DNA of 64,000 bases from Elusimicrobiota bacterium. Its GTDB lineage: Bacteria > Elusimicrobiota > Elusimicrobia > UBA1565 > UBA9628. The stretch spans positions 299,627 to 363,626 of the forward strand of contig JACRDT010000007.1 in the NCBI GenBank assembly GCA_016212795.1. Reading direction: 5' to 3'. Numbering within the stretch: position 1 is the stretch's first letter; every line of letters starts with the position of its first letter. Below are positions 43,765-52,491 of the stretch, one piece after another. The notes beneath the pieces were generated by a model. The model was not told the DNA's origin. It saw only the letters and a list, made by a program, of their open reading frames with translations, and made no database searches. The position numbers and the translations under genes were made by a program.

Positions 43765-44883
43765 TCAGGCGTTGCGCAGGAGGAACTTGCTGCCCAGGTA
43801 GCCGACGCCCACCCCGACCGCCAGGCCCACGACCAGGCCGATGGGGCCGAAGAAGGCCCCGACGATGAGACCGAGCAGCCCGCCTCCGGCCATGGCCCAC
43901 TTCTTGACGGCCTTGGCCCCGCCGGAGCCGCTCTCCATCTTGGCCAGCTCGTCCTCGTCGGACCCCTGGGAGGGCACGGGCAGGATGACCGGAGGCTTCT
44001 TCTCGACGGGCTTGGGAGGATTGAGCGCCAGGTCCGGGGTGCCGCCGAGCTGGGGCGAGGTCACGCCGACCGGCGCGGGATCCTTGGGGCCCACGCCGGC
44101 GTCCACTACCGGCGTCTCCTTGGAGGGCTCCCCGTCGTAGACGGGGGCCGGCCCGGTCTTGGCCTCCTCGGCGGGGGCGTTCTTGCCCTTCTCGGCGATC
44201 TCCTTGGCCCTGCGGGCGGCTTCGAGGGCCTTGCGCGCCTTCTCGGCTTCGAGGGCCTTGCTCCGTTGCGCCTCGCCGGCGATCCTGGTTTTCTCGGCCT
44301 CGATGGCCTTGCCCCGTTGCGCCTCGGCGGCGGCCAGCTTCCGGGCCTCGGCCGGGGCGTTCTTGGCGAGCGGGGTCTGCAGGTATTTCGCGGTCGTCTC
44401 CTTCATGGTGCTCCGGGCCGTGGCGATGACGCTGAGCGCCCTGGAGTTGTCGCCCTTGGCGAGCTTCTCGTTGGCGTCCTTGATCATGCCGAGGATGATG
44501 TCCTTCTTGATTCCCGGCTCCATCATCCTGAAGAAATGCATCAGCGCGCCCCACTCGGCGGGCTCGACCATCTCCTTGACGGACTTGCCTGCCATGTTCG
44601 TGGCGGGCTGGCGGTCGACGTAGTCGGCGGCGTGGGCCACGATCTTGCCGCGCCAGCGCGTTACGGCGTCTTTGATCGCCTCGGGATTGCCCGCGGCCGC
44701 GGCGGCTTCCTTTTGGAAAGCCTCGGCCTCGGCCGGATTGGAGAGGATCCCCGCCATCATCGTCTGTTCATCCGCGTTGAACTGGGAAAAGATGGCCACC
44801 TGCGGGTCTTCGTCCGCCCGCGCCGGCCCGGCGATGACGGCCAAGGACAGGAGTCCCCAAAGGAGATGTCTCATGGGAGTCAT
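43765..44883 (-). CDS. secreted coiled-coil protein with C-terminal glycine-zipper TM
   Basis: Signal MTPMRHLLWGLLSLAVIAGPARA. Lys/Ala/Glu-rich repeats (AEAQRGKAIEAEK / GEAQRSKALEAEK). C-terminal GGLLGLIVGAFFGPIGLVVGLAVGVGVGYLG. Start 44883 is preceded by GGGGGGGAGCGAGTACA, which resembles the 3' arm of the hairpin element. 44874 is possible. Confidence 0.6.
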   Translation of the reverse strand: MTPMRHLLWGLLSLAVIAGPARADEDPQVAIFSQFNADEQTMMAGILSNPAEAEAFQKEAAAAAGNPEAIKDAVTRWRGKIVAHAADYVDRQPATNMAGKSVKEMVEPAEWGALMHFFRMMEPGIKKDIILGMIKDANEKLAKGDNSRALSVIATARSTMKETTAKYLQTPLAKNAPAEARKLAAAEAQRGKAIEAEKTRIAGEAQRSKALEAEKARKALEAARRAKEIAEKGKNAPAEEAKTGPAPVYDGEPSKETPVVDAGVGPKDPAPVGVTSPQLGGTPDLALNPPKPVEKKPPVILPVPSQGSDEDELAKMESGSGGAKAVKKWAMAGGGLLGLIVGAFFGPIGLVVGLAVGVGVGYLGSKFLLRNA

Positions 44884-44977
44884 TGTACTCGCTCCCCCCC
44901 TCCCGCCGTATGAGGCCAACAGCCTATCCCCGGCGGTTCTTTGGACCCAGGGTTTCCGGGACCCGGCTGAGGGATCT

Positions 44978-45778
44978 TCAGGGATTCGGCAAAAGCCGGG
45001 AGGTCCTGCGGACGGCCAGCGCCAGAGCGGCGCCGGCGCAGAACATGGCGATCGAGACGACCTGGGCCGCGGTCAGGCCCAGGCCGGCGAGCGGCACCGT
45101 GTCCGCCCGGAAGAACTCGTTGGCGAAGCGCAGCACGGGGTAGGACATCAGCAGGCCGGCGGTCACGTAGCCCGGCGGGTGGCGGCCCCGCTCGAGGGGC
45201 TTGAAGAGCAGGAAGTAGAGCGCCCCGACGATGAATGGCTCGGGAAGGGCTTCGTAGAGCTGGGCCGGGTGGAGCGGACGCCCCAGCAGCGACGGCGGCA
45301 CGAGCGACCGGGGGTCGGTGAAGACGACGGCCCACGGCACGTCGGACGGCCTGCCGCCGCAGCAGCCCGCGCCGAAGCAGCCGAGCCTGCCGAAGAAATG
45401 CCAGAGCGGCAGGACCAGGCTGACGTGGTCCATGACCCGCAGGAACCCGAGGCCCAGCCTGCGGCACAGGACGAAGACCCCGAGCGTCGCCGCGATGAAC
45501 GACCCCAGCACCGTGAAGCCGCTCCCGAAGGTCAGGGCGCGTCCCCAGAAATCCGGCGAGGAGAAGGGGACGTAGAGGGCCAAATAGAGCAGCCGGCCGC
45601 CCACGAACCCGCTGATGAGCCCGATGTTCACGAGCATCCAGAAGTGCTCGTCCTTACTGAAGCCCATGGTCCCGCGCCGGCTGTGCAGGAAGACGAAGGA
45701 CACCAGCGCGCCCAGCCCGATCATGGCGCCGTACGTGGGGAGCCTCAGCGGGCCGAGGCTGATCAGCAGCGGGATCAT
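44978..45778 (-). CDS. lgt: prolipoprotein diacylglyceryl transferase
   Basis: YGAMIGLGALV, GGRLLY, FGRLGCFGAGCCGGRPSDVPWAVVF, HPAQLYEAL: canonical Lgt blocks. The ATG overlaps the upstream stop (ATGA). Confidence 0.88.
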   Translation of the reverse strand: MIPLLISLGPLRLPTYGAMIGLGALVSFVFLHSRRGTMGFSKDEHFWMLVNIGLISGFVGGRLLYLALYVPFSSPDFWGRALTFGSGFTVLGSFIAATLGVFVLCRRLGLGFLRVMDHVSLVLPLWHFFGRLGCFGAGCCGGRPSDVPWAVVFTDPRSLVPPSLLGRPLHPAQLYEALPEPFIVGALYFLLFKPLERGRHPPGYVTAGLLMSYPVLRFANEFFRADTVPLAGLGLTAAQVVSIAMFCAGAALALAVRRTSRLLPNP

Positions 45779-47262
45779 CCGGCCCTGGTCGCCAGCTCCG
45801 GCCCGGCCATGCGCACTTTGGGGGAGTGGGCGCCGCAGGACTCCGTTTCCGGGGCTCCGGCGCGGTCACGGCCGTAGAAGCCGAACTCCTGGAGCACGGC
45901 CAGCTTGGGCAGGACGTTGCCGGCGAGGTCGAAGTGGAAGAACCCCGGGAACAGGTCGGGGTTGCGCTCGATGTACTCGAAGATGTGCCTGTGCGCCGGC
46001 GGGAACTCGCAGCGCGCGCCGGCCAGCGCCTCGTGCCCCGTGAGCATGTATTCGGGGAGGAGGTCATGGCAGAACTCGAGCCTTCCCGAGCCGCGGACCT
46101 CCTCGTAGAGCCTGGTCTGCGGCAGGAAGCAGAGCAGGCTGGGCAGGATGCGCGCGCCCAGCGCCCGGAAGGCCACCATCTGGAAGACGGACTGGCGGAA
46201 GTCCTCCATGGTCTCGAACGGGAAGCCCCAGATGTAGAAGCAGTCCGTCCGGTCGAAGATGTCCACCGCCTTGGAGACCACCGCCGTCGCCTGCTCCGGG
46301 GTGAAGCCCTTGCGGGTCCTCTCCAGGACCCGGCGGGAGCCGGACTCGATGCCGTAGCGGATCTCGCAGCAGCCGGCGGCGGCCATGGCCCGCATGGTCT
46401 CCTCGTCCGTCAGGTCCACGCGGCCGAAGGCCTTCCATTTGACCTTCAGGCCGGACCTCGAGAGCGCGTCGCAGAACTCCATGACGCGGGCCTTGCCGCT
46501 GACGAAGAACTCGTCCTGGAACAGGAACAATCGCACGCCGTGCTCCGCGTGGAGCCGGCCCATCTCGCCGACGATGTTCGCGGGCGAGCGCGAGAAGCTC
46601 TTCAGGTCCCAGACCGGCGCCACCGAGCAGAACGTGCAGGGGTAGGGACAGCCCCGGCTGGTGATCATGCCGTAGGCGCCGTAATCGGCCACGCGGACGC
46701 GCCCGAAGGCGGGCGGGGGAAGCTCGTCGAGGAGGCTGATCCGCTCGGGCCTGGGGGTCTCGACGTAAGTCCGGCCCTTCATGAAGCTGACGCCGGGCAC
46801 GGCCTCGAGGGGCGTCTGGTCGCGCAGGGCTGCGGCCAGCAGGGGACCCGACACCTCCCCCTCCCCCCGGGCCACGACGTCGATCCAGGGGCAGCGCTCG
46901 AGGATGAGCCGCTCCACGCTCTTGGCGCCCACGCCGCCCAGCACCACGGTCTTCCCGGGGTGGGCCCGCTTGAAGTCCCTGAGGGCCAGGAGCGCGAAGG
47001 GCAGGAGGTTGGCCATGCAGCTCACGCCGAGTACCGGGGCGCTGCCGGCCAGGCAGGCCTCGATGGCGGCGGGTGAGAAGGGGTCGTCGCACGCGAAGGT
47101 CTGGTAGTCCCTGAAATCCACGCGGAGCCCCGCCCGCTCGAGGGCCGCGGTCAGGTAGAGCGGACCCAGCGGCAGGTGCCGCTCCCGCTCGGCGCGGCCG
47201 TCCGCGTGCCGGACGTAGAGCATGTTGAGGTTGACCAGCGTGATGTCGGCCGCGGTCTTCAT
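45775..47262 (-). CDS. B12-binding-domain radical SAM protein
   Basis: Trimmed from the 646-aa run-on to ATG 47262. N-terminal Rossmann-like cobalamin-binding-type domain (VLGVSCMAN...VVLGGVGA), then SRGCPYPCTFCS (CxxxCxxC) and a TIM-barrel-like core (FQDEFF, IRYGIESGS). Confidence 0.8.
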   Translation of the reverse strand: MKTAADITLVNLNMLYVRHADGRAERERHLPLGPLYLTAALERAGLRVDFRDYQTFACDDPFSPAAIEACLAGSAPVLGVSCMANLLPFALLALRDFKRAHPGKTVVLGGVGAKSVERLILERCPWIDVVARGEGEVSGPLLAAALRDQTPLEAVPGVSFMKGRTYVETPRPERISLLDELPPPAFGRVRVADYGAYGMITSRGCPYPCTFCSVAPVWDLKSFSRSPANIVGEMGRLHAEHGVRLFLFQDEFFVSGKARVMEFCDALSRSGLKVKWKAFGRVDLTDEETMRAMAAAGCCEIRYGIESGSRRVLERTRKGFTPEQATAVVSKAVDIFDRTDCFYIWGFPFETMEDFRQSVFQMVAFRALGARILPSLLCFLPQTRLYEEVRGSGRLEFCHDLLPEYMLTGHEALAGARCEFPPAHRHIFEYIERNPDLFPGFFHFDLAGNVLPKLAVLQEFGFYGRDRAGAPETESCGAHSPKVRMAGPELATRAG

Positions 47263-48029
47263 CGGTCCTTCTTGGCCGGCGGCACGTCGCCCCGGATGCC
47301 CCTCGACACGTTCTCGCTCGGGGGCTGGGCCTCCTGGCTTTGGGGCGAGGCCTCCTCGATGGGGCTCCCGCCCGGCGGGAGCGCGGCGGCCGGGCGGGCG
47401 TGCTGGGAGGGCGCCGGGGGCGGCCAGATCATGATCCGGTCGTCGCTCTGGAGAGGCTTGGAAGGCGGCTCGTCGCCCAGGATGCCGCCGGGCGCGGGGA
47501 CGTTCTCCGGCCGGAAGCCCGGGTCGCTCTCCTGCCCGGCGTCCCCGCCTTCGGGCTTCTTCTGCTGCTCCCGGTCCTTCTCCGGAGGCTTGGCCGTCGA
47601 GGTCTTCGCCGGCGGTTCCTGGTCCGTGATGCCCATGGACACGACCCCGAGCATGCCCTCGAGTTTGTCGCAGCCGGTCAGGCTCGCGGCGAGCAGGGCC
47701 GCGGCCGCGGCCCACGACGCGGTCGCGGGGATGCGGGGCCTGATGGGAGCCGTCCTGCGGCAGAACGACTCGACCATGGCCTCCAAGGCGTCGCGCGGGA
47801 CGGACTGGACCACGGCGCGCTCGCCGGCGGAGAGCGCCAGCCCCGCCTCATCCGCCGCGGCCAGCGGGTCCGCGAGGACCTTCTCCCGCCATGGAATTCC
47901 GAAGCAGGCCAGGGCCAGCAGGTGTTCGAGCCCGCAGGGGGCCTTCAAGCTCTTGCCGCTCCCGGACCCGGGAGGCTGGGGCCCCACGATCGTCGGGGAT
48001 GGTTCGTCCAGCGGTCTCTCGTGGTCCAT
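47259..48029 (-). CDS. hypothetical protein: leader-like helical N-terminus, lipobox-like TM (LLAASLTGC), Pro/Glu/Gln-rich disordered tail
   Basis: SD GGGAGAGG before ATG 48029. The stop overlaps the radical SAM ATG (ATGA). An alternative internal start (MVESFCRRTAPIRPR...LLAASLTGC) would make a classical lipoprotein precursor. Confidence 0.5.
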   Translation of the reverse strand: MDHERPLDEPSPTIVGPQPPGSGSGKSLKAPCGLEHLLALACFGIPWREKVLADPLAAADEAGLALSAGERAVVQSVPRDALEAMVESFCRRTAPIRPRIPATASWAAAAALLAASLTGCDKLEGMLGVVSMGITDQEPPAKTSTAKPPEKDREQQKKPEGGDAGQESDPGFRPENVPAPGGILGDEPPSKPLQSDDRIMIWPPPAPSQHARPAAALPPGGSPIEEASPQSQEAQPPSENVSRGIRGDVPPAKKDR

Positions 48030-48091
48030 GGGCCTCTCCCTGGTGAACGACGCCGTCTGGCATATCGTACCATACGCGGGAGTCGGGCCGC

Positions 48092-48685
48092 CTAACGGCA
48101 GCGGGGAGGGACGACGCCCGGGGTCATGTAGCGGTCCCGGAACTCGGTCTGGTACTGGACGGCCTCGCCTTCCTCGGCGTCCGAGAAGTCCTCCAGCCGT
48201 ACCTTCTTATACTGGACTTGGAAGAAGTGCACGTACTCGTGCGCGAGGGAGTCGTCCAGGAACCTCTTGAGCTTGCCGTAGTACGAGGCGTCGGCGGTGA
48301 GGAAGACCTCGTTGCTCGACGGGACGTAGGCGTTGAGGAACATCCCGGGCCTGAGGCCCCACTGCGGCTCGACGGCGTCCTGGAAGCGCTCGAGCGGGGT
48401 GTCGCTCTCCAGCCGCACGGCCGGGGCGGGGATGTCCGGCCGCAGCGTGATGCCCATCATGTCGGCCACCGTCGCCAGCACGCAGGCGGGGGCATGCTTC
48501 GGCGCGGCCCAGCGCTTCGCGGCCGCAGGGGTCCGCCGGGCTTGCGCGGCCGCGGGCCGGTCCTCGCGCCAGCCGGCGAGCAGCGCCCGGGCGTCGCCGG
48601 AGCGGGACCAGTCCGATGCCGGCGACTGGGACCACGCCGGCGCCGAGACCGCCAGACCCGCCGCGAGGATGGCCCAACTCTTCAT
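48092..48685 (-). CDS. secreted putative HExxH metallopeptidase-like protein
   Basis: Trimmed to ATG 48685 (MKSWAILAAGLAVSAPAWS signal). SLAHEYVHFFQ contains HExxH. No family assigned. Confidence 0.5.
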   Translation of the reverse strand: MKSWAILAAGLAVSAPAWSQSPASDWSRSGDARALLAGWREDRPAAAQARRTPAAAKRWAAPKHAPACVLATVADMMGITLRPDIPAPAVRLESDTPLERFQDAVEPQWGLRPGMFLNAYVPSSNEVFLTADASYYGKLKRFLDDSLAHEYVHFFQVQYKKVRLEDFSDAEEGEAVQYQTEFRDRYMTPGVVPPRCR

Positions 48686-48792
48686 GCCCGGATAGGATAG
48701 CCGCCCGTGCGACTTCCGTCCAGGGCCGCAGGACCCGGGCGGCCGGGGGTCCAAGGGCCTGGCAGGCTTTCCCCCTCCCTCCCAAGACAAGC

Positions 48793-48798
48793 TATAAT
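48793..48798 (+). promoter_or_regulatory. TATAAT box upstream of the zinc-ribbon gene
   Basis: Perfect TATAAT 51 nt upstream of ATG 48850, with AGGAGG at 48836-48841 between them. Confidence 0.3.
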
Positions 48799-48849
48799 AG
48801 CGCCCAGGGCCGTCCATCAAGGAACTGTATGAGCCAGGAGGCTTGCGCC

Positions 48850-49395
48850 ATGAAGTGTCCGGTCTGCAAGAAAGACGAGTTCGTCGTCGAGGACATGGGA
48901 GACGGTCTGACCTCCCTCCATTGCGAGCAGTGCGAGGGGCACTGGCTCCCGTCCTTCGTCTACTGGAAGTGGCGCCAACGGCGCGGGTTCAACGCGCCGG
49001 AGACGGCCTCGGAGGCCGGCGCGAGGGCGCCCAAGCCGGAGCCGAAGGGCGCGAAGCTCTGCCCGGAGTGCGGCCGGCTCCTGATCAAGTACCGCGTCAG
49101 CAAGGACATACCGTTCACCGTGGACCGGTGCGGCAACTGCGCGGGCGTCTGGCTGGACTGCGGCGAGTGGGCGGCCCTGAAGGGCCGCGACCTGCACGAC
49201 GACCTCGACTACATCTTCACTTCCGTCTGGCAGGCGGGCCTGCGCAAGGAGATCTCGGCCGGGAGCGTCGACGCCGGGCTCGCGAAGGCGCTGGGCGCCG
49301 CCGACTACGCCCGGGCCAAGAAGGTCAGGGACTGGCTCTCCGAGCATCCCGAGCGCAGCCGCCTCCTGGCGTTCCTCGGCCGCCGCGAGGCATGA
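48850..49395 (+). CDS. zinc-ribbon (TFIIB-type zf) domain protein
   Basis: ATG 48850 with AGGAGG 8 nt upstream. Two CxxC...CxxC modules (CPVCKK...CEQCEGHW; CPECGR...CGNCAGVWLD) are typical of the zf-TFIIB/DUF-type transcription factor zinc ribbon. Confidence 0.65.
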   Translation: MKCPVCKKDEFVVEDMGDGLTSLHCEQCEGHWLPSFVYWKWRQRRGFNAPETASEAGARAPKPEPKGAKLCPECGRLLIKYRVSKDIPFTVDRCGNCAGVWLDCGEWAALKGRDLHDDLDYIFTSVWQAGLRKEISAGSVDAGLAKALGAADYARAKKVRDWLSEHPERSRLLAFLGRREA

Positions 49396-50564
49396 CCCTG
49401 ATCGCGCGGGCGCTGTGCCTGCTGGCCGCCGCGGCCGCGGCCGCCGCCGTCTCCGGCGAGCTGAGGGCGGCCTCCGACGACGGCGGCTCCAAGGCCGCCG
49501 GCGGCGCGGGCGGCGCCGGCAAGACGGATTGGTCGGTCGCGCTCGACGTCCCCCCGGGCTGGGAGGACGTGACGGGCCAGCGCAGCAGCGCCGACATCGT
49601 GGCGGCGCTCGCCGGCCCCGAGGGGAGCTCCTTCGTGCTCGCCAAGCTCAAGCCCGCGGGGCTCTCCGACGCCGCCGGCAAGAGGGCCCTCCTGCTCGAC
49701 GTGCTGTCCGGGGTCAACAGGAAGACGGGGCTCTCCTTCCTCCCCAAGCGCGAGTTGAAGACCGCGACGTACAAGAACGACGTGGCCGCCCATTACATCC
49801 AGGCCGACCTGGACGGCAAGCCCCGGATGATCCTCGCCATCACCGAGTTCCGGGGCCGCTACATGCTGGGCACCATCAAGAGCAGCGTGCCCGACACCCT
49901 GCTGCCCTCCATCCTGGGCTCGATCCAGTACGGCGCCGGCGGCCGGGACCAGCGTCTCGCGCGGCGCGGGACGAGCGTCGACGGGCAGCTCGCCTTCGCG
50001 CTGCCCGAAGGCGTCTGGCTGCGGGCCGTGTCGGCCCGGGAGAGGAATAAGGGGATGGTGGCCGTGATCCTCGGCTACGATTCGGTGATGAGCGTCACGA
50101 AGCTCGACGAGATCGGCTCCTCGGCCACCGAGGAGGCCGGGATGGTCAAGTACGTCCTGAAGTCGGTCAAGGGCGTCGACAACCTGTCCGTCTCCCTGGT
50201 CCAGTCCATGTCCACGCCGGCCGGGCCGGGGCTCCTCTACGCCTGGGCGAAGGTCAAGTCGGAGGCGGGCCAGAGCCAGGCGGCGGCGGGCTTCATGCCC
50301 TGGGGGTACTGGGGCTATTCGCTGTGGGCCTCGGGGCCCCGCTCCAAGGACCTCCTCGAGAGCGCCATGAAGTCGCTCGCCGCGGGGCCCTCGGCCGACA
50401 AGAAGATCCTGGACGCGACGCCGCGGCTGGCCACGACGTGGGGGTTGAGGACCATGCTCCTCACGGGCCTGGGGGCGGCCCTGGCGGCGGTGGTCCTGCT
50501 GGTCGTGGCCGGCCGCCTCGCCCAGGCGCTGCTCAGCCGCAAGAGACCCGTGGAAGAGGAGTGA
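49392..50564 (+). CDS. hypothetical membrane-anchored protein (N-terminal signal, C-terminal TM)
   Basis: ATG 49392 overlaps the upstream stop (ATGA). Signal MTLIARALCLLAAAAAAAAVSG. C-terminal TM LLTGLGAALAAVVLLVVAG. It lies immediately upstream of MoxR. Confidence 0.55.
   Translation: MTLIARALCLLAAAAAAAAVSGELRAASDDGGSKAAGGAGGAGKTDWSVALDVPPGWEDVTGQRSSADIVAALAGPEGSSFVLAKLKPAGLSDAAGKRALLLDVLSGVNRKTGLSFLPKRELKTATYKNDVAAHYIQADLDGKPRMILAITEFRGRYMLGTIKSSVPDTLLPSILGSIQYGAGGRDQRLARRGTSVDGQLAFALPEGVWLRAVSARERNKGMVAVILGYDSVMSVTKLDEIGSSATEEAGMVKYVLKSVKGVDNLSVSLVQSMSTPAGPGLLYAWAKVKSEAGQSQAAAGFMPWGYWGYSLWASGPRSKDLLESAMKSLAAGPSADKKILDATPRLATTWGLRTMLLTGLGAALAAVVLLVVAGRLAQALLSRKRPVEEE
49446..49504 (+). repeat. 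59-nt segment shared with 62051..62109
   Basis: gccgtctccggcgagctgagggcggcctccgacgacggcggctccaaggccgccggcgg versus the 62051 copy gives 55/59 identical by hand alignment. Same strand and same reading frame (AVSGELRAASDDGGSKAAGG). Confidence 0.7.
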
Positions 50565-50569
50565 CGCCC

Positions 50570-51577
50570 ATGAAGACGCCGTCGGAGGGGGTCGGGACCG
50601 GCCAGGACCTGCGCATGGCCGAGAAGCTCAAGGCCGCCAGGGACGAAGTCGTCGCCCAGCTCGGCTCCATCATCGTCGGGCAGGAGCACGTGGTCTCGGA
50701 GCTCCTCATCACGCTCTTCGCCCGAGGCCACTGCCTGATCCAGGGCGTGCCGGGCCTGGCCAAGACCCTGCTCGTGTCGAGCCTGTCCAAGATCCTCGAC
50801 CTCGAGTTCTCCCGCATCCAGTTCACGCCCGACCTCATGCCGTCGGACATCACCGGCTCCGAGATCCTCCAGGAGGACCCGCAGACCCGGCAGAGGTTCT
50901 TCCGCTTCATGCCCGGCCCCGTGTTCGCGAACATGATCCTGGCCGACGAGATCAACCGCACCCCCCCCAAGACCCAGTCGGCCCTGCTCCAGGCCATGCA
51001 GGAATACCAGGTGACCTGCGCGGGCCAGACCCGGCCGCTGCCCCTGCCCTTCTTCGTGATGGCGACCCAGAACCCCATCGAGCAGGAAGGGACCTACCCC
51101 CTGCCCGAGGCCCAGCTCGACCGCTTCTTCCTGCAGATCGCCATGACCTACCCGAGCCAGGCCGAGGAGGAGAGGATCGTCGCCGAGACGACCGGCTCGC
51201 GGGACGCCGCGCTCAAGAAGGTCCTCGACGGCAAGGAGGTCCTGGCGCTCCAGGACCTCGTGCGGCGCGTCCCCGTGCCCGAGTCCGCGGTGAGGCTGGC
51301 GGTCAACCTGGCGCGCTGGACGCGGCCTCTCGAGCCGCAGGCCAGGGAGTTCGTCAAGCGCTGGGTCTCCTGGGGCGCCGGTCCGCGCGCCGGCCAGGCC
51401 CTCGTGGTCGGCGCCAAGGCCAGGGCCCTCCTGGCGGGCCGCCTCGCCGTGGCCGAGGATGACGTGCTGGCCCTGGCCAAGCCGGTCCTGCGCCACCGTG
51501 TCGTGCTGAATTTCCAGGCGGAGGCGGAGGGCATCAAGCCCGACGACCTGGTCGCGAAGCTCCTCGACACCGTTTGA
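50570..51577 (+). CDS. MoxR-family AAA+ ATPase
   Basis: Trimmed to ATG 50570. GVPGLAKT (Walker A), ILADEINRTPPKTQSALLQAMQE (Walker B/sensor), ATQNPIEQEGTYPLPEAQLDRF: canonical MoxR blocks. Confidence 0.92.
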   Translation: MKTPSEGVGTGQDLRMAEKLKAARDEVVAQLGSIIVGQEHVVSELLITLFARGHCLIQGVPGLAKTLLVSSLSKILDLEFSRIQFTPDLMPSDITGSEILQEDPQTRQRFFRFMPGPVFANMILADEINRTPPKTQSALLQAMQEYQVTCAGQTRPLPLPFFVMATQNPIEQEGTYPLPEAQLDRFFLQIAMTYPSQAEEERIVAETTGSRDAALKKVLDGKEVLALQDLVRRVPVPESAVRLAVNLARWTRPLEPQAREFVKRWVSWGAGPRAGQALVVGAKARALLAGRLAVAEDDVLALAKPVLRHRVVLNFQAEAEGIKPDDLVAKLLDTV

Positions 51578-52440
51578 AATATCTCGACCCTATCGCGCTG
51601 GCCAAGCTCAGGAACCTCGACCTGCGGGTCCGCAAGTCCGTGTCGTGGGCTCCCTCGTCGGGCCGCCACCGCAGCGCGACCCGCGGGCTGTCGAACGACT
51701 TCGCCCAGCACCGCGCCTACGCCCCGGGCGACGAGCTGCGCAGGCTCGACTGGAAGGTCTACGCCCGCAAGGACCGCTTCTACGTCAAGGAGTTCGACGA
51801 GGAGAGGATGGCCACGGCCACCATCATGGTCGACGCCTCCGGCTCCATGGGCTTCGGGGGCAAGTGGGACCTGGCCTGCAGGCTGGCCATGGCCATGGCG
51901 TACCTGGTCGTCGCCAAGGGAGACGCGGCCGGGATCCTGACCTTCGACGTCGGCCCGCGGGAGGCGGTCCCCCCCAGGGCGGGCCTCGGCCACCTCGAGG
52001 CGCTCGACGCGGCCCTGGGGCGCTCCGCCCCGGGCGGCGAGACCGACCTGGGCAGGGTGCTGGAGAAGGCCGCCGGGCAGATCAAGCGGCGCTCGCTCAT
52101 CGTCCTCGTGAGCGACCTCATGGGCGACCCCTCGGCTGTCGTGGCCGTGCTGAAATCCTTCAAAGCCAGGCGGCATGAGGTCATGGTCCTGCGGGTGCTC
52201 GACCCCCGGGAACGCTCGCTCGACTTCGAGGGGCCGGTCGTCTTCGAGAGCCTCGAGGACGGCGGGACCCTGGCCAGCGACGCCGACGCCATCCGAGAGC
52301 CCTACGTCCGGGAGTTCGAGAGGATCATGAGGCTCTACGAGAGCGGGTTCCACGGCGCCGAGATGGCCTACGCCTCCTTCTTCACGGACGTGCGCTGGGA
52401 GCTGTCCTTGGCCAACTTCCTGTCGCGTGGGTCCAAATGA
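51574..52440 (+). CDS. DUF58 (vWA-like) protein, MoxR partner
   Basis: TTG start overlaps the MoxR stop (TTGA). HRSATRGLSNDFAQHRAYAPGDELRRLDWKVYARKDRFYVKEFDEE and VDASGSM are DUF58 hallmarks. Confidence 0.8.
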   Translation: MKYLDPIALAKLRNLDLRVRKSVSWAPSSGRHRSATRGLSNDFAQHRAYAPGDELRRLDWKVYARKDRFYVKEFDEERMATATIMVDASGSMGFGGKWDLACRLAMAMAYLVVAKGDAAGILTFDVGPREAVPPRAGLGHLEALDAALGRSAPGGETDLGRVLEKAAGQIKRRSLIVLVSDLMGDPSAVVAVLKSFKARRHEVMVLRVLDPRERSLDFEGPVVFESLEDGGTLASDADAIREPYVREFERIMRLYESGFHGAEMAYASFFTDVRWELSLANFLSRGSK

Positions 52441-52490
52441 AACGGCATCGGCCCCCCCGCTACTCGCCCCCCCGCGGGGGGGGCGAGTGA
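52437..52490 (+). promoter_or_regulatory. mini-ORF/hairpin element, copy D (17 codons, MKRHRPPRYSPPRGGGE)
   Basis: ATG 52437 overlaps the DUF58 stop (ATGA). TGA 52488-52490 is 1 nt before ATG 52492. A 12-bp stem pairs 52462-52473 with 52477-52488 (ACTCGCCCCCCC/GGGGGGGCGAGT). Confidence 0.65.
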
Positions 52491-52491
52491 T

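Noticed and set aside
44884-44907. Half-site GGCGGGAGGGGGGGAGCGAGTACA-ATG resembling the 3' arm of the element before the coiled-coil protein gene
   Set aside because: No matching 5' arm or mini-ORF is present in the 94-nt spacer upstream. It may be a decayed copy or just a G-rich SD. I used it only as weak support for the 44883 start.
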